NCBI RefSeq assembly: GCF_001194135.2
Contig: NC_068983.1
Coordinates: forward strand, 110,908,833 to 110,960,937
Length of the DNA: 52,105 nucleotides
DNA from: Octopus bimaculoides
Lineage: Eukaryota
Direction: 5' to 3'
The position numbers and the translations under genes were made by a program. Positions 37,675 to 50,150 of this stretch are shown piece after piece (the stretch's first letter is position 1; each line of letters opens with the position of its first letter). The notes beneath the pieces were generated by a model, which did not search any database, was not told the origin of the DNA, and was given only the letters and a program-made list of their open reading frames with translations.

Positions 37675-37937
37675 GGGAGCCATATATCACTCAAATCAAG
37701 TATAAATGTCATTAAAGAAATATAGCACATTGCATAGTACACTTTTAAACACACTCTAAAATAGATAAAATTTAATGTTCTCGATCAAAGCTAACTTGGG
37801 ACAGCACATTTGATCACAAACAATTTTATGAGAGATAACTTTGATTTAATAACAACAATAACAATGCGTTTTGCATTTAGAAAAAAATCAGTTCTTTTCA
37901 ACCTAAATAATATCTAAACTTTACATGTTTTCTACAG

Positions 37938-38020
37938 AACAGAACATGCAAACTGGAGGATATAATATACTCTTTGGGGCATGTGCACCACTGAAACCGT
38001 TTATAGGATATATGGATGAT
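37938..38020 (+). CDS. Pif-like LamG exon (C-terminal strands)
   Basis: ttttctacag|(E)QNMQTGGYNILFGACAPLKPFIGYMDD|gtaagt; 83 nt, phase 1 to 0. IG.C....F.GYMDD is the canonical LamG C-terminal signature. Confidence 0.88.
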
Positions 38021-38115
38021 GTAAGTGTCATTATTTTCTTATTATGCGCTGATTTAATTATCATAAAAATTTAATTTATTCATTTTATTCCGCATATTAC
38101 GTCCAATTTCTGCAG

Positions 38116-38195
38116 AATTTGAGGCGTATTTCTGCTATATATAGCAGAAATATTTTGAATTCTTCAAAACAGGAAAAAAACGCTCAGCAAGAACA
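38116..38195 (+). CDS. Following exon of the Pif-like gene (reading frame ambiguous)
   Basis: Acceptor tttctgcag at 38115 after a 95 nt intron; strong donor CA|gtgagt at 38196. The in-phase frame reads NLRRISAIYSRNIL...; the +2 frame reads FEAYFCYI* with stop at 38142-38144. Confidence 0.6.
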
Positions 38196-38884
38196 GTGAG
38201 TTAGTTTTTTGTCGTTTACATATTTACGTTCTTTGGCTTAGCGGATGCACATCATGTACATCTAATATCATGTTACTCACTTTCTGGTCAACGATTTCAA
38301 TAGCTTGTCTAACTGCTCATGACAAAGAGTTACTGAAAGATAGTTAAGTTAAATGTACTTGTCAGTATACTTAAAAGGTATGAAAATGTTTTCAAGTTTC
38401 ATAATCACAGAGGAATGCTGCTAAACATTGAAATTGTCAACCACGAAATGCTAATCTGAATCTTTAGATAAATTTGAGCCCGAAGTGCGTATATTTGGAC
38501 TCTGGTATTGTGTACAACATGCGTGAACTATGATCGCAGTTCAAGAGTTAATAACACTTTTATAAAGAATGTATCTTATTAATATCTAAGCAGTATTTCT
38601 CACATCTGCGTTACAAAAGTGCTCGCTCTTTAAGGCAGTCTAGAAGTAATTAAGATATTCTCCTCGAGAGATCCAACTTCATCAAACGTTATTTAACGAC
38701 CATTGTAAGATTTGAGTGACGGTTTGACGCTATGTCAAAAGTGTCTACGTTAAATCAGTCGATCGTGAGGTTCCGTCTCTTGAACCAACAGAGGAGATTT
38801 GTGCATGAATATATATAGATATATGTGTATGAGTGTTTATATATGTGTGTGTGTGTTTCCACCGTGTGTGTATGACTGTGTGTG

Positions 38885-38951
<67 letters not shown>

Positions 38952-39099
38952 CTAAAAGGAATTCCAACTCTGTTTTTATGTTTTATTTATATTCTTATAA
39001 TATTAATGTAGATTATAGAATATATAGTATATATAGTAAAATGAAATGAAGTATTGATTGTCTTATTGAATAAATGAAATATTGAATATAAAATATTAA

Positions 39100-39730
39100 A
39101 TATGAAAGGACTAGTATACTTTATTGCATTTAAGCAGTCTTCAAGGTCTCAGGTTGAGACAGGTGTTTTCCAATCACATGTTGCCAGATGGCTACTCAGT
39201 GGTATTTGGCGGACTTCTGGATTTTTAATTTGTTGTCAATGCACACGCGAGCGTTCTGATAGTGCATTACCTGTCTGGACAACGTACAGTTCTTCACAAT
39301 TTGGGTATTTGATGCAGTAGATTAAATTTCTGCTTTTGCAATTCATGTTTGCGTTTGTGAATATTTTCCCTGTTTTTGTGTTCATATATGGGCCGGTATG
39401 AATTAATTGACATGTACCGCATCGGCTATCATTGCATTTAGACACAGTGAATGGTTGATCTTTGTTGCTAAGATCAAACCTTGCCTTTGTTAATAACTTT
39501 TTCAAGATTTTAGGCTGTCTCTTACTGAGAGTTATAGTTCGATGTGTATTGATATTTCTCAATTCCTTACTTTGTGCAATGATTGGTAGGTTTGCTTTAG
39601 CGACATTGAAGATGGCATGGATTGTGTGTCACTATAAATGGTATGATTTGTTCTTGTTTTTCTCTTCTTTGTGGTGTCCTCTGTTGTTGTATGGGCATTT
39701 TCAAGGCCCGCTGAATAGTCAACAGATGGA
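39100..39730 (-). mobile_element. Penelope-like GIY-YIG endonuclease segment
   Basis: KRQPKILKKLLTKARF...VSKCNDSRCGTC...NMNCKSRNLIYCIKYPNCEELYVVQTGNALSERSRVH: CxxxxCxxC knuckle plus a LIY...YVGQT-type GIY-YIG motif. Confidence 0.9.
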
Positions 39731-39789
39731 AAACATACCAACGAACATATAAACAATGAAATGAAGAAACTCACGGAAATCATACCAAC

Positions 39790-42276
39790 AATTATAACGT
39801 CTACCAAAGAAAACCTACCACAACTTCCATGGATATCAGAAATAAATGAAAGAAATCTGGAAAACGAAGCACACCGAAAAAGAAAACAAATGTGGCAAAC
39901 TTGGAAACAAATCTCTCAATATAAGCAAACAAAACGTCTGAAAAGCATATAAATGCGAAAAGTATGCTGAAACACACTCGAAATGGATTTCTTTAGCGGC
40001 ACCTATAATTCCTTGGAAGTACCTAATTAAAGAAATTGCATGAGAACCAGAGGAGGAAACGAAACTTCGATGGGACCTCGCCGTAACAAAATTCAGGACC
40101 GACATTTCTATTACCCTGTCTAAACAATCCCTTTACAACACCAAATACGAAGCAATCGAAAGTCTTTTTGAAGATGAAATATCAAAACTAGCAACTGGCA
40201 ATGTAAAAGAAAAAATGCGTGAACTATGGATCAAAGATATCTCCAAAGAAGAGAACAAATCAAGAAAATTATGACAGCAGAAACAACTATTCCTGGATAA
40301 ATATTCTACCAACTGCGGTAAAGACTTTAGAACCCAGATAAATGATAGTAAAAATGAACAATCTCACCAACGTAACAAAAACCAGAGCATGAGGCAACAT
40401 GAAGGCCCAATCCGCTAGGAGTCAAAGAGGAACTACGGTAACAACTCTACCCTTTTTGTAAGCAAACTCTCTAATATACACATTATAAACAAAAGAAACA
40501 TGAACAAAATAAATATTCCTCTGATCAGACCAATAGATGTAGAAACAATAGATCATTTTCAAAGCCTCAACAAAGATTACCTACAAAATACTGGGCAAAA
40601 AACCGACGTAGAACCGGAAACAATAATAAATCATCCTCTCAGATCATTAAAATCAATACTAACAAATTGAAAAGAAAGATGTATAATTCCGAAAATAGGA
40701 CGGAAAACATAACACAGCCAGGTAAAATAACACAACCAAAACACAAACTTCAAGTCAAAACCAACAAAAATAGAAACCACAAACAGAAAAAAAATCATTT
40801 TTTAATGCCATGTCAAAAAACACCGGGGATATAAAATTTCCAAGAGGAAACATACCCAAAACAGCTGGACATATAGATCCAAAGATAATTAATCTTTCCA
40901 AAAGAGATCTTGGCAATGATGAAACCCAACTCCTGTTAAAAGGTCTGAAATTTAGACCTACACCAACAGTCAACTTCCATGAACTAAAGGAAGATATCTA
41001 GAAATGCTGTCGTAAGTTACGACTTGTGGAATTGTTCACCACCAATAATAATAATAATAATAAATAAATAAATAAACCGAAGATTCCTTAGTGAGGAATA
41101 AATCAAATTTCACCCCACCAAAAGGCAGAAATATCTACCTTGACCAATATACTGTTACCCTATCAAATTTTCCCCTAAAACAAAATACCAAAGTTAGGCC
41201 GAACATTAACAAATCAGAGATATCTGCACTTAAACGCATACAAAACGATGAAAGAATAATAATTAAACAAGCAGATAAAGGGGGTGCAATTGTTATCATG
41301 GTTGTGGAATACTACAAGCATTTCGTTGAGGACCAAGTGAAAACTACAACCTTGTGTTGTGGAACACCCTCGAATATAGACCACCACATCATGAAGAAGT
41401 TCAACCACCTGGTTTCAAAACACTACAACTCACTCACTGACAACGAAAGAGACTACATCACCAATTTCGAGCCAAAACCCAGCAATTTTTACGGCTTACC
41501 AAAAATACATGTCAGAAGATATTCAACAGGCAGTAAAAGAATAAGGAAGTGAATTAATAAAATTGGTATATCCAAATGATTTAAAACTTAGACCAAATAT
41601 AGCTGGCCAAGCATGCCCTACCAACCATCTAAGCAATTTCATCGACAGTATTTTGAAACTACTATGTACCTACATACCCAGCTTAATTCGGGAGGACATC
41701 GATTTTCTATCCCATCTTCCCAAAACCACTGAAACAAATTCAATCCTAGTAAGCTTTGATGTAATAAGCCAATATCCCACCAACATCCCACATGATTTAG
41801 GAATAAAGGCGGTCAAATACTGGGTAGATAAACATAGAAAAGCGATTCCCAACAGATTCACAGTGACATTTATATTAGACTCAGTAAGACTTATTCTGGA
41901 AAACAACACTTTCTTCTTCAATGGAAAGAACTACATTCAAATTAAAGGCACGGCTATGGGAACGAGGTTTCCTCCCGTTTATGCGAAGTCGGTGATAGGA
42001 TACTTACAACAAAAACTCTACCAGGAAAGAGAGGAGAGATACAGTACTGGATTTAGGAGGTATCTTGAAAATGCATGGAAGAGATACCTCGACGATTCCT
42101 TCATAATCTGGACAAAATCTCAAAACACTGAGGAAGAACCCAATATCCTCCTGAACAACCTACACCCATCCATCCAATTTACAGAGGAACTGAGCAGTAC
42201 CAAATCACCAATCCTAGATATAATGGTAATTAAAAAGAACACCGCCATTACCACGGATATATATGTCGGTAACTGA
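39790..42276 (+). mobile_element. Penelope-like element 5' region and RT (frameshifted; RT recognisable 40880-42276)
   Basis: IINLSKRDL...LLLKGLKFRPTP; IIIKQADKGGAIVIM; FYGLPKIH; LRPNIAG; LVSFDV; GTAMGTRFPP; WKRYLDD; ends at TDIY. Confidence 0.92.
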
Positions 42277-43019
42277 AAGAATATAAGAAACATCGTTCGC
42301 AAGTGCCACTACATCACAAACAACAACAGCAAATGAATGTCCCTAAACAACAACAGCAAATATAAGAATATAAGACAATGATTCATACGACATGGCCTTT
42401 CCCTCTGGAATCATTCCGATAGGTTTTGAGAAGAAGGGGACGATACTGAACCTAAATATCCAAAAGAGACCAATGCAAAGCAAAGAAAAGAGAAACAAAA
42501 GAGCGCCAAAAAAAAAATCCGACGACCAAATAGGTGGGTGGAGGCATGCCCTTAAGTGACATTTCACCAACGTCAACGGTAATGGAAGCTAAGGCGTGCT
42601 GTTGAGCACCATCATCTTCATCACCACCATAAATACTATCACAGACACCACCACTAACTACGGCCTTATTCATTCATACACACAACAACAGTCAAATCAC
42701 ACACCAACTCGAGCAGAATGGTATTAACTACACAGCGACACACACAAACAATAATGACAAATGGGCCACGCACACAAATTTACAAGCATAGCACACAATA
42801 TCTACATCGCATTAACCCTTTGAATTCCAGCATACATAAAAACCATCAACATACCACAACACAATACATCTTAAAAAAACAACTGCCCCATTGGAATAGG
42901 AGATTTAAGACTGAATATTAGGAAAAGGCTATACAATGAAAGTTTTGTGGAAACAGCTGTAACCAACCGGACAGCCTACGCACCGGTAAATTATAGGGCT
43001 AAAGTAAGCGATCCTCTCT

Positions 43020-43640
43020 CACTTTTCCCCCATTGCTGAACCTTATCTTGGAAGGAGGACTAACTGCTCAACGTCCCCAGCTCCCTTTGTGTAGATTCAG
43101 GGGCCATCACGAAGCAAGAATTTCTGATCTACAAACCAACTTTTGGAGGAAAAGGGATCTACATATAGACAAGTCGATCGGGGTTGAGAAAACTGTGTTT
43201 TTTCGAATGATTTAGGTCTCACGATATGGACCAGGTTTAGAACTAACGATAGGAAGAGAAGAAAAGTTAGTGGTCCTGAATGTGAACAATGGTTAAGGAA
43301 GCGCCTTCTTATTAGTATATGTTTATTCTCTGGCAGGGCAGGACAGCTAGAATTCTTCAATCGTCTGGAGGGTTCACTCAAAACGTCCAGCGCTTTAGTA
43401 CTAGTGGGTGGCTGGAATGCTATCTTGGGTACAGGCTTGGATTGTGCAGAGTTAGCAAACAATCTCAGATGTTTCCAACTTTCTGGCAATTACCGACTGC
43501 ATTTCACAAATGTGCCGATGGCAAAATGGATAAACTACAGCAGGTCACCCAAGTCCTATCTATATAATTTATTAGCCAATAGATTTTTGATCTGTCCATG
43601 CCTTGATCCTATGACAGATCTTTGGCGTTGTTCCTGTGTT
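43020..43640 (+). mobile_element. L1/Tx1-clade APE endonuclease fragment (pseudogenised)
   Basis: QLEFFNRLEGSLKTSSALVLVGGWNAIL (GDWN motif) ... NVPMAKW ... SYLYNLL (SYLD motif). Confidence 0.7.
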
Positions 43641-43654
43641 AGAAACAATAGTTA

Positions 43655-44060
43655 TTAGAGCACCGAGTTGCGAAAAACGTTAGCACGTCGGTGAAAATGT
43701 TTGGACATACTTGACCCAGTCATTTATATTCTGAATCTTTATTCTGAATTGAAATCCTTTTCTGGCTTTCAACTTTCTAAGTGCGATAAAATTAAGCACT
43801 GGACAAGTAGTGTGATAGCGATTAATTTCGTGTATACAAAATTGCTGGTTTTGCATCTAAAATAAATGAAGTTAGAGAGAAGGGTGTTGGCAGAAACGTT
43901 AGAGTAAAGAAAGCATACCTTTATTCAGCTTTCTTTATGCTTTAGATTCAAAAGTAATTTAAGTGCAACTTGGCTTCCGTGCATTCGAGGTGGATAAAAT
44001 AAAGTACCAATCAAGTCTAGAGTCAAAGGCATGGTAGCTTTGTGCCTGGATTAGAAACTG
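43655..44060 (+). mobile_element. Two strongly decayed family B SINE copies
   Basis: aacgttagcacgtcgg...gataaaattaagcactgg and ttggcagaaacgttagag...ggataaaataaagtacc echo the family B head and core. Confidence 0.55.
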
Positions 44061-45961
44061 CTACTGAAGCGGGTGGAATAGTTGAAGTGATAAAGTGCTG
44101 CAAGGCACTTCTTTTAATTCTTTATGTTTTGAGTTCAACTTTGCAATTCAGGCTTCCACAATCAATAAACTAAAGTATCAGTCAAGTGCTACTGTTGATG
44201 ACATTAATTTACCCTTTCATCTAAAATTTGTTGGACTTGTGCCTAAATTTGAAGCAATTATTATTATTTTCATCATCATCATCATCATCATCATCATCTG
44301 TCATGATCATGATCATTGTTATTGTTATTGTTATTAATCTCTTATGAGTAGTAATGGTTGTCTTTGTAGTAAAGTATGTTTTCTTGTTGGTAGTAAATAT
44401 GAAAAAGAATTTATTGTATTTATGTATCCCGTAAAATATTTGTTATGACATTAACGCATCATAATAACAATTATAAAGCTATTCAATCATATATAACTTC
44501 CATTTCAGCAATATGTTGTAGTTTTTAAACTCGTACGATTTTTCTATTTCACATAACTGTTCCATACATCAATTATCGGAGAATTGCTATCAGTTCTCTG
44601 CAAAAACAGTTTCGCTTATTAATGATGAGAAAATATGTTGTATATTTATTTTGGTAACTAACAGTTTTTGCTATGGTGGAATAAATGCGAAATTAGATTC
44701 AGAACACAAGCATTAATACTTAATATATGTATACTAGCGGCGCACTCTATACAATTGGTTGTGGTCATTTCACATAATCCAGTAATTGATATTGAAAGAG
44801 GTGCGACTAGTGTTCTCTCGTTCCGAATAAAACACTTTTCATATGACAATGTAATATGAGTGTATATATGTGTGTATATGCTTGCGTGTGTATTCGCTTA
44901 TCTAGGACCGTAAAATGAATTAGTATTCCTGGTCTACGAAGATGCTTCAATTCACATTGAAGACTTTTTCTGTTACATTGTTAGTGCCATTGAGTAATAC
45001 GCAGAAATCAATACAAGAGTAGTTACAGGCATGTCAGTATGTATCTATTATTGTGCGTGTTGTTAAACAAAGTCTGTATCATCAATATAATTCCACAACA
45101 AAAACTCATTCTCTTCACACACATTATTAAGGACTTTAAAAAAGAAGCGGATGTCACGCAATATCATGTCAATCAATTATAATTTGTGACTACGTCCCAT
45201 GGAAAGAACTGAATATATTTGTATGTTAGAAAGTACATTAGTATCTATGATCTCACGAACTGAGAATGCAACATACATTTACTTTCCTAACAAAGACCGC
45301 TTTCCTAACAAAGACCGCTTTCCAACCAGTACGCGAATTATGACCTTCAAAAAGACACCTTTGCAATGCATATTTCTTTTCGTTCAAATGTACAGTTTAG
45401 ATCCCAACTAAAGATCGCTAGTATCATAATTATCATAATGTTCGCACATTACTATTGCTCTACGTTCAATTTCTATATTTATCACTGTATTTATAGTGAT
45501 TTTAAATATTTGCGTGAGGGATCTTGTACCTAACGGATTAATCAGTTCATATATATATATATATACAAATTAGAATCCAGATAATGGAGAAGTAGCGTTA
45601 ATATAATTCATTATCCGCAAAAATTCAACATATTCATTTGCAGCTAACTCGATTTTGCCCCAAATAATTAAATTCCAGTAATTAGAATCTTTTATCGGGC
45701 ACAATCTCGTTAGAGGAGTAAAAAGGACATATCGTTAGGTTTTTACATGTTATTGCAGTTGATACATTATATTAACACTACTCCATTTTCTGGATTTTAA
45801 TTTGAATATTAATAAACCAAGATTTGTATTATTATTTTAGGAACATAAATATTCACAACAAAATAATAGGTGACACACCTTTAGGTGGTTTTTATAGGCT
45901 CTATTTAAATTTACACACACACACACACATGTATATGTATGTATATATAGATATATATATA

Positions 45962-47176
45962 TATTGAGCCATCTCATAAATAATGTGGTTTTTCAATTGC
46001 ATGAACTAAAAGTCGTAGTGGGACGGGATAAGCTACCTGCAATAACTTGCTATTAAAGCAGGTAGTAATTTTGCCTTGTACTTATTCTTAGTGCAAGTTT
46101 TGAAGAGTGCACTTAGATTTTAACACTTATTTTTTCAAAACTATGATAGCAGTGACGAAGCAGCATGTTCGGCATAGTTCACTCTATGAGTTCAATAAAG
46201 GCAACAATACTACGGAAAGTGCGAGGAATATTAATGTCGGATATGAAGATCAGACAATATTCGTAAGACAGTGTCAACGGTGGGTTACAAAATTCTGAGC
46301 CGAAAACTACAGCCTAGAAAACAAGCCACGTCCTAGAAAACTGTAAAGCTCGACGAGGACGTCTTGCAAGCCCTGATGGAACAAAATCCATCGTAACTGT
46401 TGAGGAACTAGAAGAGAAGCTAGATTTGTTCATTCAACTATTCATTGACACCTACGTGCCATCGGAAAGGTCAGCAAATTGGGTCAATGGGTTCCTTACA
46501 AACTTTTGGAGCCTAATCGCACAGAGAGTGAATGTGTGCTCTTTTGTTGTCATGTCTCATAAATAGTGACTGGTGACAAAAAACGGGTTCTTTATAAAAA
46601 GCGCCGATGACAGTGAGTAGGGAAAGGAGAAACACTGGCACCCGAGGCTAAAGAAGGTCTTCACCTATGTAATTTGTTATCTGTTAGATGGGATATGTAT
46701 GGTTTAGTCCACGTTGAACTTTTAAACCCAAAGCAAACGATAACATAGGAGGCGTAGTGCAAGCAGATTGAGCGGCTTAAGTCAACGCTAGAAGAAAACG
46801 ACCGTTTTTTGTTTGAAGACCAAAGTGTTCTTCCATCAGGATAATTCTCGGACACATACAGCGAAGATAAAATTCCAAAGCCTGGAGCAGTTTGAATGGG
46901 AAACGATGCTCCACCCACCCTACTCGTTAGACATTGTCCAATATGATTATTATCTATTCTGCAGTGTTCAAAATCATTTGGATGGAAAAAATATGACTTC
47001 TGTAGACGAGATTAGAACAGTACTGGAGAAGAGGGCCGTGCATGTCAACCAGATAGATGGAAGAGCATTACAGAAAATGAAGGAGAAGGTATTTTAGATT
47101 AAAACAGAACTTTGTCTAATTACAAAAAAATAAAAGATGTATAAAAAAACCGCATTATTTATGGGATGGCCTAATA
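45962..47176 (+). mobile_element. Near full-length mariner transposon (inactive)
   Basis: TA-flanked 30 bp TIRs (26/30 identical by hand count). Transposase pieces AVTKQHVRH..LYEFNKGNN...RQCQRW, WVPYKL, IVTGDK, FHQDNSRTH and HPPYSLDI, interrupted by stops and frameshifts. Confidence 0.93.
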
Positions 47177-47989
47177 TCTATATGTGCATGAGTGTGTTTG
47201 TCTGTGTGTGCGCGTGTGTGTGTGTGTGTGTATGCATGCATACATACATATATGTATATATATATATATGTGTATACAAATCTTACGGAATCGAATTTAC
47301 ATTTATGTCCCTGGATCCTACATTTATATTAAGCGCATAACTGTATATAATTATTGGATATTTCTTTTCCAGATATCATTATACACATGCATTCCAAGAG
47401 AAGCAAAGTGAAAGACGAGCCACCGATCTGTTAAACTAAGGAAGAGCTTACGATATTTGTTAACTCAGATATAATCGACTCATCCTAGCATTATTATAAT
47501 TTTATGTATTATTTTCTGCACTGCGTTAAAATATATGCAATGATATAGAAGTTGGGACAGTATAAATCTAAAAGCACAAGATAAGATGCTTTACAGTATT
47601 TAGTATAGTATCGGTATTGAATGGGTTTCACTCACTCCGAACTTTATTTCTTTATTCACCTATAATATTTTTATTCACTGTAATATTTGTCCATTTCTTT
47701 TGGCTAATACAATCACTTGCTGTGAAGATTAACTTTGTGTATGTTATAATTAAACAATAAAAATAAAATACTACTGAGCTTGTTCTTTAACATGATTACT
47801 ATTACTGCTTTTAAATTACGATATATCTTTCTGCATGGTAATTACTTTGCATGTGTATTATTAATGAATGATATTATTAATATAAAGGTAAATTTTTTGA
47901 GGTTGAGTATTGCATGACTTTAATGCTCATATATATCTCCAGAGAATCTGGAAGCTCTGGACTCAGAACATAATGCTGGTAATGCATAT

Positions 47990-48290
47990 CTTCATGTTCT
48001 CTGCTCTTTCTTATAAAAGGAGAAATATGCTAGGTCAATGCTAGCAGTTCGAATGTTCGTAGATGGGAAATTGTTATTCATTCAAACACTCTATCGTAAA
48101 TACAAACACTACATCGTAAATTCATCCTTTTCAATCGATACACTCTTTTTTGTGGAAAGCATTCGTTAAATGACCCATTTCCACTCTGCAACGAATATCT
48201 GCCTCTTCTCTTCTCCAGCCATCTATAACAGAATGTCCAATTCATTATTTTCGGAAGTAATCTTAAAATGAATCCCCTCGCGATAATGTC
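47990..48290 (-). mobile_element. Old LINE post-RT fragment
   Basis: Minus strand DGWRREEADIRCRVEMG...AF resembles the DG..E.DI..RI.MA..AF motif; many stops. Confidence 0.35.
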
Positions 48291-50085
48291 ATTATTCTAC
48301 AGTTTAAATGATAAACGATGTTAGTCTGGGTATTTTTCAAAATAGAATGATTAAATGAAAATACTATTATTTGACTTTGTTTCGTTTTCTTTCGCTGGTT
48401 TCTTCAAATTATTGTGTGCCTTTACTTATGAACAATTTCTTTAAAATACACGAAAGAAATAGCTAAATAATTATGTGTAGATATTCTTATATTTGAGGAC
48501 GCTTCTATGTTTTTGTTTTTGCCAAATAACCACACGCGCTCTATACTTGTTCTCCACTTCAGCTTCATTTAAAGTCGTATTGTAGTGTCCTTTGTCTGAA
48601 ATCTTTCGTCACAATATTCTGCGACCTCTTCAGTGACTCTTAATCCCATGTGACTTTTCCTGTTCTGTTTAGTCCATTTTCAGACAAAGGTCACTAAAAT
48701 AAGAACACTACAATAAGGACAAAGGACACTAAAATAAGAATAATAATAGAGCAGAAGTGAAAGACAAATACATAAATATAAGCTTGAGCAGATAGTTACA
48801 GCTAAAGTATATCCGATGTATGACAATGACAATACAACAGATTCGATATCATGTCTACAAATATAAACACATATACTCTCGGATCACACACTGTCATTAG
48901 ATTTACAGTTTACGTATTCATATTTAGAAGTAATTGTTTTAGAACGTGTGCAGCGCGTCTCTTTTAATAACTTATATGAAGGGTGGGACCACTGCATAGA
49001 ATATTTCTCACGCGTTCCAATATCTAGAATATATAGAGTCCATAAGCTTAATGTTAAAAATATTAAAGTTAACTGTAGCAGATAGGTTAATGAAAGCAAT
49101 ACTTCAGTATCGAACCGTACTATGTTGAAATATGACACGTTATGTATAAAAAGACAGGTATGTATTGTTTCCGTCTAGTTTATTAACAGAATAAGATTTA
49201 TTGTTCTTTGCGTGTGTGTATCTCGGGATGAAACCAGAAATAGACACATCCGCATGTGTCTGCAGTGTTAGGTGCGCGGTTGCCTCGGTCTTGTTCTATG
49301 AAAGAGAACAGTTTATCAATCACTAATTAGTTTACGATAAATTTAGACAAAGGTAGTATTAACTAATAAAGCAATTCGGCAATGAATAATACTGCTGGGC
49401 ACCGTTCGAAAGTGATATGCTTAGCAAGCGATAATTGCATCCAACAGTTTGTCAATAATATAATTAGCTAACGACGTCGTTATAATAGAATATATGCATT
49501 GAATACAACGACAGCATGGAATATATTTATGGAATATATCTATAAATTGATATAATTTGCCAACAATATAGTTTAGCAAATGTATAAAGTTTGTAAATAA
49601 TGTAAGTAGACAAAATGCAGTTTTTATATTAAAATGGTTAGCTTACGCCATAGTCTGATAACAATATATTAGAAAATTATATAGTTATCTGAAGATATGA
49701 TGACAATGGATAAACATAATCTGTGCTAGAGGTAGTCATGATTTATTCATCTAATGAGATAATGGTTTATCTTGTTGCATTTGGTCCAAAACGTTCTATC
49801 ACACATCCAATAACTCTCAATATCAAAATCGATTAACTAATTAATGATTAACAAAATCATTTCAAACAAACTTACCACACGTAATATATTAGGCAAACAT
49901 ACATTATATTATGCAAACAGGCCTGGGTGAAATGTGTTTGCTTGCTTTCTTTTTCAAACATTAACGTCTATTTTAATGTAAGATATTGGTTCATATTTTA
50001 TAGACAATTTAGAATTTAATGATAAACTTGAATTCAGTAGGATTTGTAATAAGAGCAGCAAAAAGATACTTAGGTTCCATCTCAG

Positions 50086-50150
50086 GATATCTAGACATAT
50101 CAGAATTAACAACCACGGGAATAAGGAGACCAAAGTCCCTACGTCTCAAT
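50086..50150 (+). other. Candidate orphan exon (coding status unknown)
   Basis: ttccatctcag|65 nt|gtaagt, followed 109 nt later by a strong acceptor tttttctttgcag at 50259. Two frames are open. Confidence 0.3.

Noticed and set aside
44938-44997. EDASIHIEDFFCYIVSAIE* resembles the FEAYFCYI* C-terminus (alternative last exon?)
   Set aside because: No acceptor AG in a suitable position or phase; short similarity compatible with chance.
45283-45323. 18 bp tandem duplication (also a ~31 bp duplication near 17803-17867)
   Set aside because: Two-copy local slippage duplications; not CRISPR-like (no spacers) and no functional hint.
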